Translations under genes and position numbers: made by a program
In this document: piece by piece, positions 50,128 through 60,325 of the stretch
Layout of the letters: each line of letters opens with the position of its first letter
How positions within the stretch are numbered: position 1 is the first letter of the stretch
The notes under the pieces: generated by a model
The model's input: only the letters and a program-made list of their open reading frames with translations
Told to the model about the DNA's origin: nothing
The model's database searches: none
Origin: an uncultured delta proteobacterium
Lineage (GTDB): Bacteria; Myxococcota; Myxococcia; Myxococcales; Myxococcaceae
Assembly: GCA_963713045.1 (NCBI GenBank)
Contig: CAVQKE010000003.1
Coordinates: 320,001-384,000 of the forward strand
DNA: 64,000 nt
Reading direction: 5' to 3'

Positions 50128-51561
50128 TCACTCCAGCCATCGCGCCAGCTGGGCGGTGAGACGGTTCATCCGTCCGGCATAAGGCGGGGCCAGAAAGCGC
50201 GACAGCGGGTTTCCTCGCTGGCGCAGCACCGAGCGCTCGTGGCTGAAGCACCGGAAGCCGGCGCGCCCATGGTAGTTGCCGAGGCCGGACGGGCCGGCGC
50301 CCCCGAAGGGCAAGTCCGGGTTGGCGAGGTGAAAAACGGTGTTGTTGACGCAGGCGCCCCCGGACGCAGTGCCGTCCAGGACGCGGTCGGCGTCACGACG
50401 GCTCCCGGTGAAGACGTACAAGGCCAGCGGCGCCGGGCGCGCGCGGATGAAGTTCACCGCCTCGGTTTCCGTTTTGTAGGTGAGAACTGGCAGCACCGGG
50501 CCAAAAATCTCATCCTGCATGACGGCCGCGTCGGCTGGCACGTCCACCAGCACGGTGGGCGCAAGGTAGCGCGTCGCCGCATCCGCCTCAGCGCCGAAGG
50601 CCACCTTGGCACCCGCCTTCACCGCGGCGTCGATGTAGCCCTTCAGCCGTCCAAAGGCCCGCTCGTCGATGATGCGGCAATAGTCGGGGCTGGCTTTGGC
50701 GTCCTCGCCATAAAAGCGCTGCACCACCTTGCGCATCTCAGCCACCAGCTGGTCGCGCAGCTCCTCGGGGACCAGGACGTAGTCCGGTGCCACGCAGGTT
50801 TGCCCAGCGTTGATGAATTTGCCGTGGGCGATGGTGAGGGCCGCCCGCTGCAGGTTGGCCGAGCGCTCCACCAAGGCCGGCGACTTCCCGCCCAGTTCGA
50901 GGGTCACCCCACTGAGATGCTTGGCGGCGGCGGCCATGACTTTTTTCCCCACCGCCGTGCTGCCGGTGAAGAAGATGTGGTCCCAAGGCATTTCCAGCAG
51001 GGCCTCCGCCACCTGGGCGTCGCCCTCGATGACCGCCACCTCGTCCTCGGGAAATGCCTCGGCCAGGACGGTGCGGATGATGGCGGCGGTGGCCGGCGTC
51101 TTTTCCGAGGGCTTCAACACCACCACGTTGCCTGCCGCCACTGCCGAGACGACGGGAAGCACCGCCAGGTGAAAGGGGTAGTTGAACGGGGCCAGCACCA
51201 ACACCTGGCCCAGCGCCTCACGGCGCACCTCGCTCGAGGTGCCGGCCAACAGCACCGGCGCATCCACCACCTCCGGCCGCATCCAGTCGGCCAGGTTGCG
51301 CACGGCGTAGCCGAGTTCATCCTGCACAATGTGCACTTCGGTGAGGTCGGTCTCCTCGGGGGCCTTGCCGAAGTCCTTTTGCACCGCCAAGTCGATGGCC
51401 GAACGGTGCTTCTCGATGGCGGCGTGAAGGCGCTTTAGCCGGGCGCGCCGCTCGGCGGCGGTGGACTGGGCCAAGGCCCAGCGCTTCTTGGCCTGCAACT
51501 CCCACAGGCGTTGGATTTCCGCCGTCAGGCTTGCTCCTGGTTGCTCGCTCGGCTGTCTCAT
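50128..51561 (-). CDS. NAD(P)-dependent aldehyde dehydrogenase (ALDH3-like)
   Basis: PFNYP, KPSE, FTGS, LELGGKSP, GQTCVAP, EIFGP, PFGG. Confidence 0.96.
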   Translation of the reverse strand: MRQPSEQPGASLTAEIQRLWELQAKKRWALAQSTAAERRARLKRLHAAIEKHRSAIDLAVQKDFGKAPEETDLTEVHIVQDELGYAVRNLADWMRPEVVDAPVLLAGTSSEVRREALGQVLVLAPFNYPFHLAVLPVVSAVAAGNVVVLKPSEKTPATAAIIRTVLAEAFPEDEVAVIEGDAQVAEALLEMPWDHIFFTGSTAVGKKVMAAAAKHLSGVTLELGGKSPALVERSANLQRAALTIAHGKFINAGQTCVAPDYVLVPEELRDQLVAEMRKVVQRFYGEDAKASPDYCRIIDERAFGRLKGYIDAAVKAGAKVAFGAEADAATRYLAPTVLVDVPADAAVMQDEIFGPVLPVLTYKTETEAVNFIRARPAPLALYVFTGSRRDADRVLDGTASGGACVNNTVFHLANPDLPFGGAGPSGLGNYHGRAGFRCFSHERSVLRQRGNPLSRFLAPPYAGRMNRLTAQLARWLE

Positions 51562-51828
51562 GGCTTCACCCGTCCGACATTGTGTACACCATCCGGCGTC
51601 ACCCACCGACCCAGGGGGGGGGCGTCCACGGCGCCGACTTGGCGCGCGCGGCCCATTTCCGCTAGCCCCTGGTCGCTCCGGCGAAACCCCTCATACCCCC
51701 GCCTGCGCCCGGCTGGCAGCGCCCATAGGTGCGCCGGAAGCAACAGCATCGCCGTGGCCGTTGCCGCCGAGGCTACGGCCGCTGGGTGGCGCTTTGGTGA
51801 AGTGGCTGAGGTTGCTTGGGTTTTCGGT

Positions 51829-51844
51829 TGGCCTCGCCGATGCA
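51829..51844 (+). promoter_or_regulatory. Putative sigma-54 promoter
   Basis: TGGCCTC-GCCG-ATGCA with GG-N10-GC spacing, about 68 nt upstream of ATG 51912. Confidence 0.5.
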
Positions 51845-51911
51845 ACTCCATCAGGGCGTCGCACCCCCCTTGGGCGAAACGGCCCCTGGGGGCCAACCCT
51901 GGAGTCCCGTC

Positions 51912-52082
51912 ATGGCCACCCAATCCCTCTTCGCTTCCAGCCGTCACTCCAAGGCCTTGGGCCTGTTGGTGGCCGGGAGCATCCTCTTCGTCGTCGGCCT
52001 CGGTGGCGCGAGCGCCCTCCTCGGCGCGTACACCGGCGCCATTCCCCAGACGGCCGTCACCCAGGCCCACCCGGCCGTCTGA
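51912..52082 (+). CDS. Small single-TM hypothetical protein (56 aa)
   Basis: GGAG RBS at 51901, one hydrophobic helix, GC-rich third codon positions. Confidence 0.65.
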   Translation: MATQSLFASSRHSKALGLLVAGSILFVVGLGGASALLGAYTGAIPQTAVTQAHPAV

Positions 52083-52096
52083 CGAATTGCCGTTCC

Positions 52097-52146
52097 GGGG
52101 GGGGGGTGCAGGGCGCTGGCGATGGCCGTCGCCCTTCCCCGCCCCC
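52097..52146. terminator. GC-rich hairpin between convergent genes
   Basis: G10-TGCAGGGCG can pair with CGCCCTTCCCCGCCCCC; no clear U tract. Confidence 0.35.
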
Positions 52147-52147
52147 T

Positions 52148-53470
<1,323 letters not shown>

Positions 53471-53843
53471 CTATAGTCCCAGGGCCCGCGGGTGACAACG
53501 TGCCACCCAGAGGGCGGGCCCCTGCCCGCGTCCGCCGCCAGCCTGCGCCGGGGGGTGCCGGCAACTGGGGCGGGTGCATTCCGGTTGCCCGTTGCGGACC
53601 GGCATCGACAGGCGGCCGAATCCCTGCGCCGCTGCCCCTGAAGCTCAAGCGCGTCGTCCGTCCACCGGCCATCAACTTTGACGTCACTCGACGGTGTGTC
53701 GCGGCAACTTGGGTGCGGTTGCAAGACGGCCCGGCAGCACCACCGCCACCGCGTGCAGGCAGGCTGTCGGCGCCGGCCCCGTTGGACGCCTAACGCGGGG
53801 GGAGTCCCCGCGCTGTCTTTCTGATGAAGGACGCTTACACTCG

Positions 53844-56666
53844 ATGGTTCAGAAGGGTGGACTTTTGGCGCGGATGCTCGGGCTTCTGCTTTCCCTGCTC
53901 GCCGCCCAGGACGGCGGACAACAGAAGCAAAGCCCGCTTGAGGCTTGCCGTGCCCAGCTTCAACGGCAGCCGAAGGCGCTCGGCCCGTACCAGTGCCTTC
54001 TGTCCGTGGGCCGGGAAGAGGGAGCAGCAGTGAAACGCCTTCTCGAGCGGCTGGTGCGCCTGCAGCCCGACGACCCGCGGCCGCGCTTCTACCTGGCGCT
54101 GGTGCGGGACTTCGCCGGCGAGGTGGTTGCCGAACGGGAATTCCTCCTGGCTGCCGAAGGCTTTCGCCGGGAAGGCGAGCCGGTTGGGCGCGTCTATTCG
54201 CTGACCTCGCTGGCGGCCAACCGGTGCTTCGTGCACGAGCACTGCGATGGCACCGCGGAAGGCTTTCTCACCGAGGCCGAACTGGTGGCGGAGGAGTCGT
54301 CCAACAACCACCTGCGCCGCTTGGTGCAACTTTTTTGGTTGCGCCTCTCCATCTTCAAAGATGAGGCCGCCCGCGCCGAGCGCGCAACGGCGAGACTCGA
54401 CGCGATTCCCAATGACGACCCGCCTTGGTTGAGTAGCCAACTCTTCGAGGCGAGGAAACGGCTCGCTGACGAGCGATTGAATTTTGACCAGGAATACAGC
54501 CTCTCTTCCGACGCCCTGAAGCACAGTGCAGCCGGCACGAGGATGCATGCGATTGCGCTGGCCAGTCTCGCCGAAGCGATGGTCGAGTTGGCCCTGCGCG
54601 GGCGGGAGGACAGAGCCGCCGCGGAGGGCGCGCTCCGCCGTGCGCTCGATGAAGAGCGAGCCCTCCACCTAGAGACAACCATTGGTGGAACCGGAACCTT
54701 GCGCACCACGGAAGCCCTCGCCCTCCTCCTTGGACCCACCGAGGAGTCGACGCGCCTCCTCAAGGAAAACCTCGCCCGCTATGCACAGGCGCCAGGATGG
54801 GGTCTCCAGCTCGCTTACGTCACCGAGTGGCTTCTCGCTCGAAACCTCGTCGACGCGCCCCCGCAGCGGCCGTTGGAGGCGCTCGCTCTCATCGACCGGG
54901 CCATCCAGCGCGCCGAGAACCACGGCCAGGTCTGGGACCATGCGCACGCGGTGCTGGCCCGGGCTTATGTGCTGTTTCAGTCTGGCCGGCGCGAGGAGGC
55001 GGTCGCCGCCGCTGACGCATCGCTCAAAGAGATGGAGCAACTCAGAGCCAAGCAGGAGGACATCGAGGTTCGGATTCGGTACGCGGACACGCTGGCGGAC
55101 GACTACGAGTTGCTGGCTGGGCTGACGCTCGACCCACATTTGGGTGCCGTTGGCCCAAAGGATGTCGAGTTCGCCTTCTCCATCACCGAGCGAATGCGCG
55201 CCCGCGCGCTCCTGGAGGATGTGCTTTCTCGCACCCGGGCCAAGCGGCTCTCGCAACGAGACGAAACCGAGCTGTCGCGGCAGATTCTCGCCTCTCACGA
55301 GTTGCTCCTGGACCCACATTCCTCGGTGGCTGGCAAGTTGGCAGCGGTCAAGGAGCTCCGCACGAGCGAGAGCCAATTGCTCGAGCTTCGGTCCCGAGGG
55401 GGGAACCTGCCCCTCCCAGAAGACGCACCCCCGTCCCTCACCACAATTCAGACTCAACTGTCGCCTCACGAAGCACTCATTTCGTTTCAGGTGTGGAGCC
55501 CAAGTGCGCGGGTGGATGCGCCCTTCGCCAATGGCCATTCGTGGGCCACCATTGTCACGGGCTCGGCGATTCGCGTCGTGTCCATCCCCAACGCAGACGC
55601 GCTCGAAACACCGGTGAGCTTCTTCCGGCAAATGTTGGGCCGCCGCGATGGCTCCGACGTCCCTGGAGGCGCCCTGCTGTACACCGCGCTGATGAAGCAG
55701 GTGGTGGAGTCACTGCCGCCCGAAATTGAGGACCTGGTGCTCATTCCCGACGGGCCGTTGCACCAGCTTCCCTTCGACGCGCTGTGGATGGCCCCCAAAG
55801 GGGGGTATTTGGCCGAGCGCTTCACCCTGACGCTCGCTCCCTCCGCGGCCATCTGGCTCGCCTTGAGGACAAGGCCACACGCGCCAGCAGGCCTGGCCCT
55901 GGCTCTGGTCTTGATGAACCCGCAGCTTGCCAGCGGCGCCTCGAGTGCAATGTCTTTGCGTGGAGCGCACCTGGAAGCGCTGACACAGGCGGACGCCGAA
56001 GGCCGTCGGGCGGTGCGAGCCTTCCCTCACGGAAGCCGCCTCATTTCCGGGGCCGCCGCCTCCAAGACGGCGCTTCTGGCGATGAATCTGGCCCCCTTCG
56101 CCCTGTTGCACTTCGCCACCCATTCCCTCGTCGACCCGGCCGCACCAGAGCGCTCGGCGATTGTGCTGGCCTCGGCCAATGCGGAGGATGACGGCTTGCT
56201 GCAGGTCGAGGACATTTTAAGGCTTGGCCTGCAAGACAAGACGGTTGTCCTGGCCTCCTGCAGCACCTTGGCAGGCACCATTCGCCGTTCCGAGGGGCTG
56301 ATGAGTCTGAGCCGCCCCTTCCTCGCCGCCGGCGCCCAAGCCGTGGTGGGCACCCTGCAGCGTGTCCGAGACACCGACTCCTCCAGGTTTTTCGACGACT
56401 TCTATTCGGCGCTGGAAAACGGCAATTCCCTGGCCGCCTCTCTCGCCGCCGCGAAGCGCGCACGCATTTCTGCTGGTGCCGCACCGGCCGCCTGGTCCGC
56501 CTTCGTCCTGCTCGGCAACGGAGAGGCGACGCCACGGAGGAAAGACGCCCGTCAGCCTGCTGGCGTGGCCGAGCTGGTCTGCGTGGCCGGGCTGGTGGTG
56601 GCACTTGCGGTCCGCCTCCGCCGGGCCCGGACTCGGGGCCGCGCCAGTGGCGCGCCGCGAAGCTGA
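53844..56666 (+). CDS. TPR-like / CHAT (caspase-like) domain protein with putative signal peptide and C-terminal TM anchor
   Basis: ERMRARALL, LIPDGPLHQLPFDAL, APSA, LHFATHS, DGLL, VVLASC, FLAAGA, WSAFVLLG; start 53844 or 53874. Confidence 0.88.
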   Translation: MVQKGGLLARMLGLLLSLLAAQDGGQQKQSPLEACRAQLQRQPKALGPYQCLLSVGREEGAAVKRLLERLVRLQPDDPRPRFYLALVRDFAGEVVAEREFLLAAEGFRREGEPVGRVYSLTSLAANRCFVHEHCDGTAEGFLTEAELVAEESSNNHLRRLVQLFWLRLSIFKDEAARAERATARLDAIPNDDPPWLSSQLFEARKRLADERLNFDQEYSLSSDALKHSAAGTRMHAIALASLAEAMVELALRGREDRAAAEGALRRALDEERALHLETTIGGTGTLRTTEALALLLGPTEESTRLLKENLARYAQAPGWGLQLAYVTEWLLARNLVDAPPQRPLEALALIDRAIQRAENHGQVWDHAHAVLARAYVLFQSGRREEAVAAADASLKEMEQLRAKQEDIEVRIRYADTLADDYELLAGLTLDPHLGAVGPKDVEFAFSITERMRARALLEDVLSRTRAKRLSQRDETELSRQILASHELLLDPHSSVAGKLAAVKELRTSESQLLELRSRGGNLPLPEDAPPSLTTIQTQLSPHEALISFQVWSPSARVDAPFANGHSWATIVTGSAIRVVSIPNADALETPVSFFRQMLGRRDGSDVPGGALLYTALMKQVVESLPPEIEDLVLIPDGPLHQLPFDALWMAPKGGYLAERFTLTLAPSAAIWLALRTRPHAPAGLALALVLMNPQLASGASSAMSLRGAHLEALTQADAEGRRAVRAFPHGSRLISGAAASKTALLAMNLAPFALLHFATHSLVDPAAPERSAIVLASANAEDDGLLQVEDILRLGLQDKTVVLASCSTLAGTIRRSEGLMSLSRPFLAAGAQAVVGTLQRVRDTDSSRFFDDFYSALENGNSLAASLAAAKRARISAGAAPAAWSAFVLLGNGEATPRRKDARQPAGVAELVCVAGLVVALAVRLRRARTRGRASGAPRS

Positions 56667-56788
56667 CGTTCGACTTTCCCGAGGCGGCAGGGGTAGGGCC
56701 AGCCGCCTTGTTCCGGCTGTCTCCCTCGCGGCTCGGCGGAGCCCCCCAGGGGCCCGACGGCGCTTCGCGTCCAAAGAAGAAACACGTT

Positions 56789-59700
56789 TCACACCAGCTG
56801 AGGCTGGCCAGCGTGACAGCGCTCCACAAAGCGGCACCCCAGCGCCTGGCAGCGCTCGCGCACTTGCACTGGAGGAAGGCCCCCGGCAGCGTCCAGCAGC
56901 GACTGCAGCTGCTCGGCCAGAGCGGCCGTGGACAGCGGCGGATGGTCCAACCACAGAGGTTCCGCGTCCGGCCCGTCGACGAAGGAAAGCCCCACCCGGC
57001 GCTTGGGGGCCTTCGGCGCCGCCGCATGCCACAGCACGGACAGCGCCACCGGGAAGGCGGCGAGGCCCAGCGGCGGAGGGGCTCCCGGCGCAAGCAGGAG
57101 GAGGTGAAGCACGCCTTTCACCTGCCAGCCGAGGGGTGAGCGCGCCGACAGCCGCGCTCCCCCCACCGCGAGGACGAATTCGGCCGCAGAGACAGGCCCG
57201 GGGGCGTGCGTCGCCTCCTGCAGCGCCCGCGTGGCCGCCAGCGCCCGCAGTGGGCCAAGAAGGTTCAGCGCCCGCGCCTCTCCCAAGGACAGCCCGAGGA
57301 CGGCCAGCTGCGGGGCAACGTGGGCGTCACCGACGCCGGCGGCCCAGGCCTGCTTGGGCAGTGCGGCGGCCAGCGCCACCAACTGCCGGCCGCGCGCTGC
57401 GCGATGCCGCGCCGGCAGCGCCTCCACCCAGGACGCATCCACGACGTCTTCCGGCGGCGGCGGAAGGCCCAGCTGGTGCAGCAGCCAGTGCCGGCGCGGA
57501 CAGCGGCCGTAGTCCTCAAGGGCCGCGGCCCGCAGCGGCAGCCCTTCCCAGCTGGGACGCAGCGGCGTCCGGACACGGACCAGCTCGGCCAAGCCCCCTT
57601 CCAGCGCGCCTTCGGCCTCCGCCGGCGGCGGTGGCGGCGGGGCGGGCACTGGAATCTCCTCCGGCTGCAGCTGCTGGACGTGGGCGGCGACGTCTTTTTC
57701 TGCGAGGGCCGGCGCCAGGCGGTTGCGCCAAGCCTCGGGCGAGGGGCCACCCCCGGAGAGGATGAGGCGGTCCTGCGCCCGAGTGAAGGCGACGTACAAC
57801 AGGCGTCCGGCTTCGGCGCGGTCTCGGCGTTTGAGTTCGGCCTGCACCGCGACCCAGCGCGGCGTTCGCCGTGGCTCTGCGTCCAAGGGGCCTTGGGGTT
57901 TGAAGGCCAGACCGAGGCTTCTGTCCAACAGCAGCCTGTCGGTCGGCGCGCGGACGCCGGTGGTGGAGAGGTCGGCCACACACACCACCGGCCACTGCAG
58001 CCCCTTGGCGGCGTGAATGCTGAGCAGCTGCACCGCGTCCCCGGCCCGCGCCTCCTCCACGCCGCGCGCTCCGCCCAGCACCGTCTGCTGGGCCAGCACC
58101 CGCAGCCGCCTGGCCAGTCCGGCGGCGTCTCCGCGGGCGCCCGCGTCCCAGCGGCGCGCCAAGGCAAGCACGGGCACCAAGGCGGACAGCGTCTCCTCGG
58201 GCTCTGGCCCGGCGGCCAGCGCAGTGCGGTAGCCGGTCCCTTCCCAAAACAGCTCCAACAACTCCGCCGAGGGAAGCTGAAGCGGCAGCGTCTGCACACG
58301 CTGCAGCAACAGCGAGAAGCGCGCAAACCGCGCCCCCTCGTCGGCCGGGAGCCCGCGCGGGGGCGGCTTCAGCAGCGAGGAGGCAGCGAGGCGGCCGGTC
58401 TCGGCCAGGCGAAACACTGAGGCGTCCGAAAGGCCGACGAAGGGCGAGCGCAAAACGACTGCCAGGCTGAGTGCGTCGGAGGGGTCCGCCACCAGGCCCA
58501 GCAGGGCGGCGGCGTCGAGGGCGCTGGGGGCAGCGTAGGGGTTCAGTTCGCGCAGCACGCGGTGCGGAACGTGGTGGGTGCGCAGGGCGGCGCGGTAGGC
58601 CTCGAGGCCGCTCAAGCTGCGGAGGAGGATGGCCACGTCCCCGCCGCGCGCTCGCCGCAGCTGGCCAGCCTCCACCACCGTCTCGGGCGCGGCGTCCGAG
58701 AGGAGAAAGTGCAGCCAGCGCGCCAGCAGGTCGGCCTCGGCCTCTCGGCCGCTGCCGCGCCCAGCGCTCACCACCGGAAGCGCATCCACGCAGCGGGTAG
58801 GCCCCACTTGGGGGCGCACTGGCAGAAGAGCGTCTTCCTCCGGGCGGAACACCACTTCGTAGTCTCTCGGGGCGGCCGCGGGGGGGAGCGCTGCCGCCGC
58901 GGCGGCGTTCAAAACATGCAGCAGCGCCGGCTGAGAGCGCCGGTTGTCGCCGAGGAAGGCCCGTGCACCTCCTTCGGCCACCACCTTCTCGGCCAGCGTC
59001 GCGAAGGTGGAGACGTCCGCGCCGCGAAAGTCATAGATGGACTGCTTTCGGTCGCCGACCGCGTACAAAAAGCCCGGCTCGAGCGGCAGGGCCAGCACGG
59101 CCGCGCGGTTTTTGGCCAGCGGGCGGGGGCCTCCCTGGCGGGCTTCCGCCAGCAGCAGCACCAGCTCCAGCTGCAGTCCGTTGGTGTCCTGCACTTCATC
59201 CACCAACAGGGCGCCGGTGCGCGCCTGGGCGCTGGCCCGGAAGCCCACCTCATCCCGAAGCACGTCCCGGGCCGCCAGCAGCAACTCGGCAAAGTCCACG
59301 CACCCGGCCCGGCGAAGCCGGGTGCGGTAGTCCCCCTCCACTTGGGCGCACAACCGGCGCAGGGTGGCCTCGTGGGGGACGGCCCGGCAGCCGGCGTAGG
59401 CCGAAGCGACGCCGGGGGCCTCCAGCGCGCCATCCAACAGCGCATCACGGACGGCGTGGAGGACGTCCTTCAGTCCATTGCGTCCGGCCCGTGGAAGTGC
59501 GCCGGCCAGGGCCTCCAATCGGGCGAGGCGCTCCGGTGGGGCGTCGGCGTCCAGTCCGTGGAGGACGTCCAGCGCAGCTTGCAGCGTCCCGGCCACCTCA
59601 TCCGAAGCCTGAAGGGCCAAGGGCAGCGCCCGCTGCACAAGGCCCTCGGCGCGGGCCACCGCCTCCGCCAGCCGTGCGCCGGCCGCCTCCGGCGTCTCGA

Positions 59701-60325
59701 CGGCCACCTCCAGGGCACTCTGCCCCTCCTCCCTCAGGCGCACGGCGGTCCCCACCAGGTGCTCCAACAGCCCGCTTCCACGTCCGGTGCCGCGCAACTC
59801 GCCCTGGGCGCACAGCGCCTCCACCTCGGCATCTCCGGCGTCCAGCGCGTCCAGGACGGTTTGCTCGGCCGTGTCCACCAGCAATTGCAGGGCATCCTCC
59901 TCGCCCAGCAATTCAAAGGCCGCGGGAATGGGGCTGCCCGGCGGGGCCTGCCGCAACAGCCGGGCGCAGTAGGCGTGGAAGGTGGAAAGGGTGGCCATGT
60001 CCAGTTGGGCCTGGACGGCGCGCCAAAAGGAGGCTTGAGGCGGAGGCCTTCCCTGCGCGGCGAAGGCGCTGTCCAGCTCCGCTTCCGTGGCCCGCCCTTC
60101 GGCCAACGCCTCCACGCGCCAGCGCAGTCGCTCGCGCATCTCGGCGGCGGCCTTTTCGGTGAAGGTGAGAAGGCACAGCCGCGCCGGGGCCAGCGGCTCC
60201 CGGGGCCCGGCGCCGGCCAGTAGGCCGAGTGCCGCGGTCAGCAGGCCATGGGTTTTTCCCGCGCCGGCGCCGGCGAAGAGGCAGGTGTTGCGCGCCAACA
60301 CCTCCTGCAGGGCAACTGCGCTCAC
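56789..60325 (-). CDS. addA: AddA-like UvrD/SF1A helicase with a degenerate C-terminal PD-(D/E)XK domain
   Basis: AGAGAGKT, LTFTEKAAAEM, STFH, VDEVQDTN, VGDRKQSIYDFRGAD, SIHAAKGL, LYVAFTRA; GTG overlaps the upstream stop. Confidence 0.88.
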   Translation of the reverse strand: MSAVALQEVLARNTCLFAGAGAGKTHGLLTAALGLLAGAGPREPLAPARLCLLTFTEKAAAEMRERLRWRVEALAEGRATEAELDSAFAAQGRPPPQASFWRAVQAQLDMATLSTFHAYCARLLRQAPPGSPIPAAFELLGEEDALQLLVDTAEQTVLDALDAGDAEVEALCAQGELRGTGRGSGLLEHLVGTAVRLREEGQSALEVAVETPEAAGARLAEAVARAEGLVQRALPLALQASDEVAGTLQAALDVLHGLDADAPPERLARLEALAGALPRAGRNGLKDVLHAVRDALLDGALEAPGVASAYAGCRAVPHEATLRRLCAQVEGDYRTRLRRAGCVDFAELLLAARDVLRDEVGFRASAQARTGALLVDEVQDTNGLQLELVLLLAEARQGGPRPLAKNRAAVLALPLEPGFLYAVGDRKQSIYDFRGADVSTFATLAEKVVAEGGARAFLGDNRRSQPALLHVLNAAAAAALPPAAAPRDYEVVFRPEEDALLPVRPQVGPTRCVDALPVVSAGRGSGREAEADLLARWLHFLLSDAAPETVVEAGQLRRARGGDVAILLRSLSGLEAYRAALRTHHVPHRVLRELNPYAAPSALDAAALLGLVADPSDALSLAVVLRSPFVGLSDASVFRLAETGRLAASSLLKPPPRGLPADEGARFARFSLLLQRVQTLPLQLPSAELLELFWEGTGYRTALAAGPEPEETLSALVPVLALARRWDAGARGDAAGLARRLRVLAQQTVLGGARGVEEARAGDAVQLLSIHAAKGLQWPVVCVADLSTTGVRAPTDRLLLDRSLGLAFKPQGPLDAEPRRTPRWVAVQAELKRRDRAEAGRLLYVAFTRAQDRLILSGGGPSPEAWRNRLAPALAEKDVAAHVQQLQPEEIPVPAPPPPPPAEAEGALEGGLAELVRVRTPLRPSWEGLPLRAAALEDYGRCPRRHWLLHQLGLPPPPEDVVDASWVEALPARHRAARGRQLVALAAALPKQAWAAGVGDAHVAPQLAVLGLSLGEARALNLLGPLRALAATRALQEATHAPGPVSAAEFVLAVGGARLSARSPLGWQVKGVLHLLLLAPGAPPPLGLAAFPVALSVLWHAAAPKAPKRRVGLSFVDGPDAEPLWLDHPPLSTAALAEQLQSLLDAAGGLPPVQVRERCQALGCRFVERCHAGQPQLV

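Noticed and set aside
51614..51622. G9 tract (and G10 at 52097) as phase-variation sites
   Set aside because: Intergenic, with no evident promoter-spacing role; lengths are unreliable given other homopolymer errors
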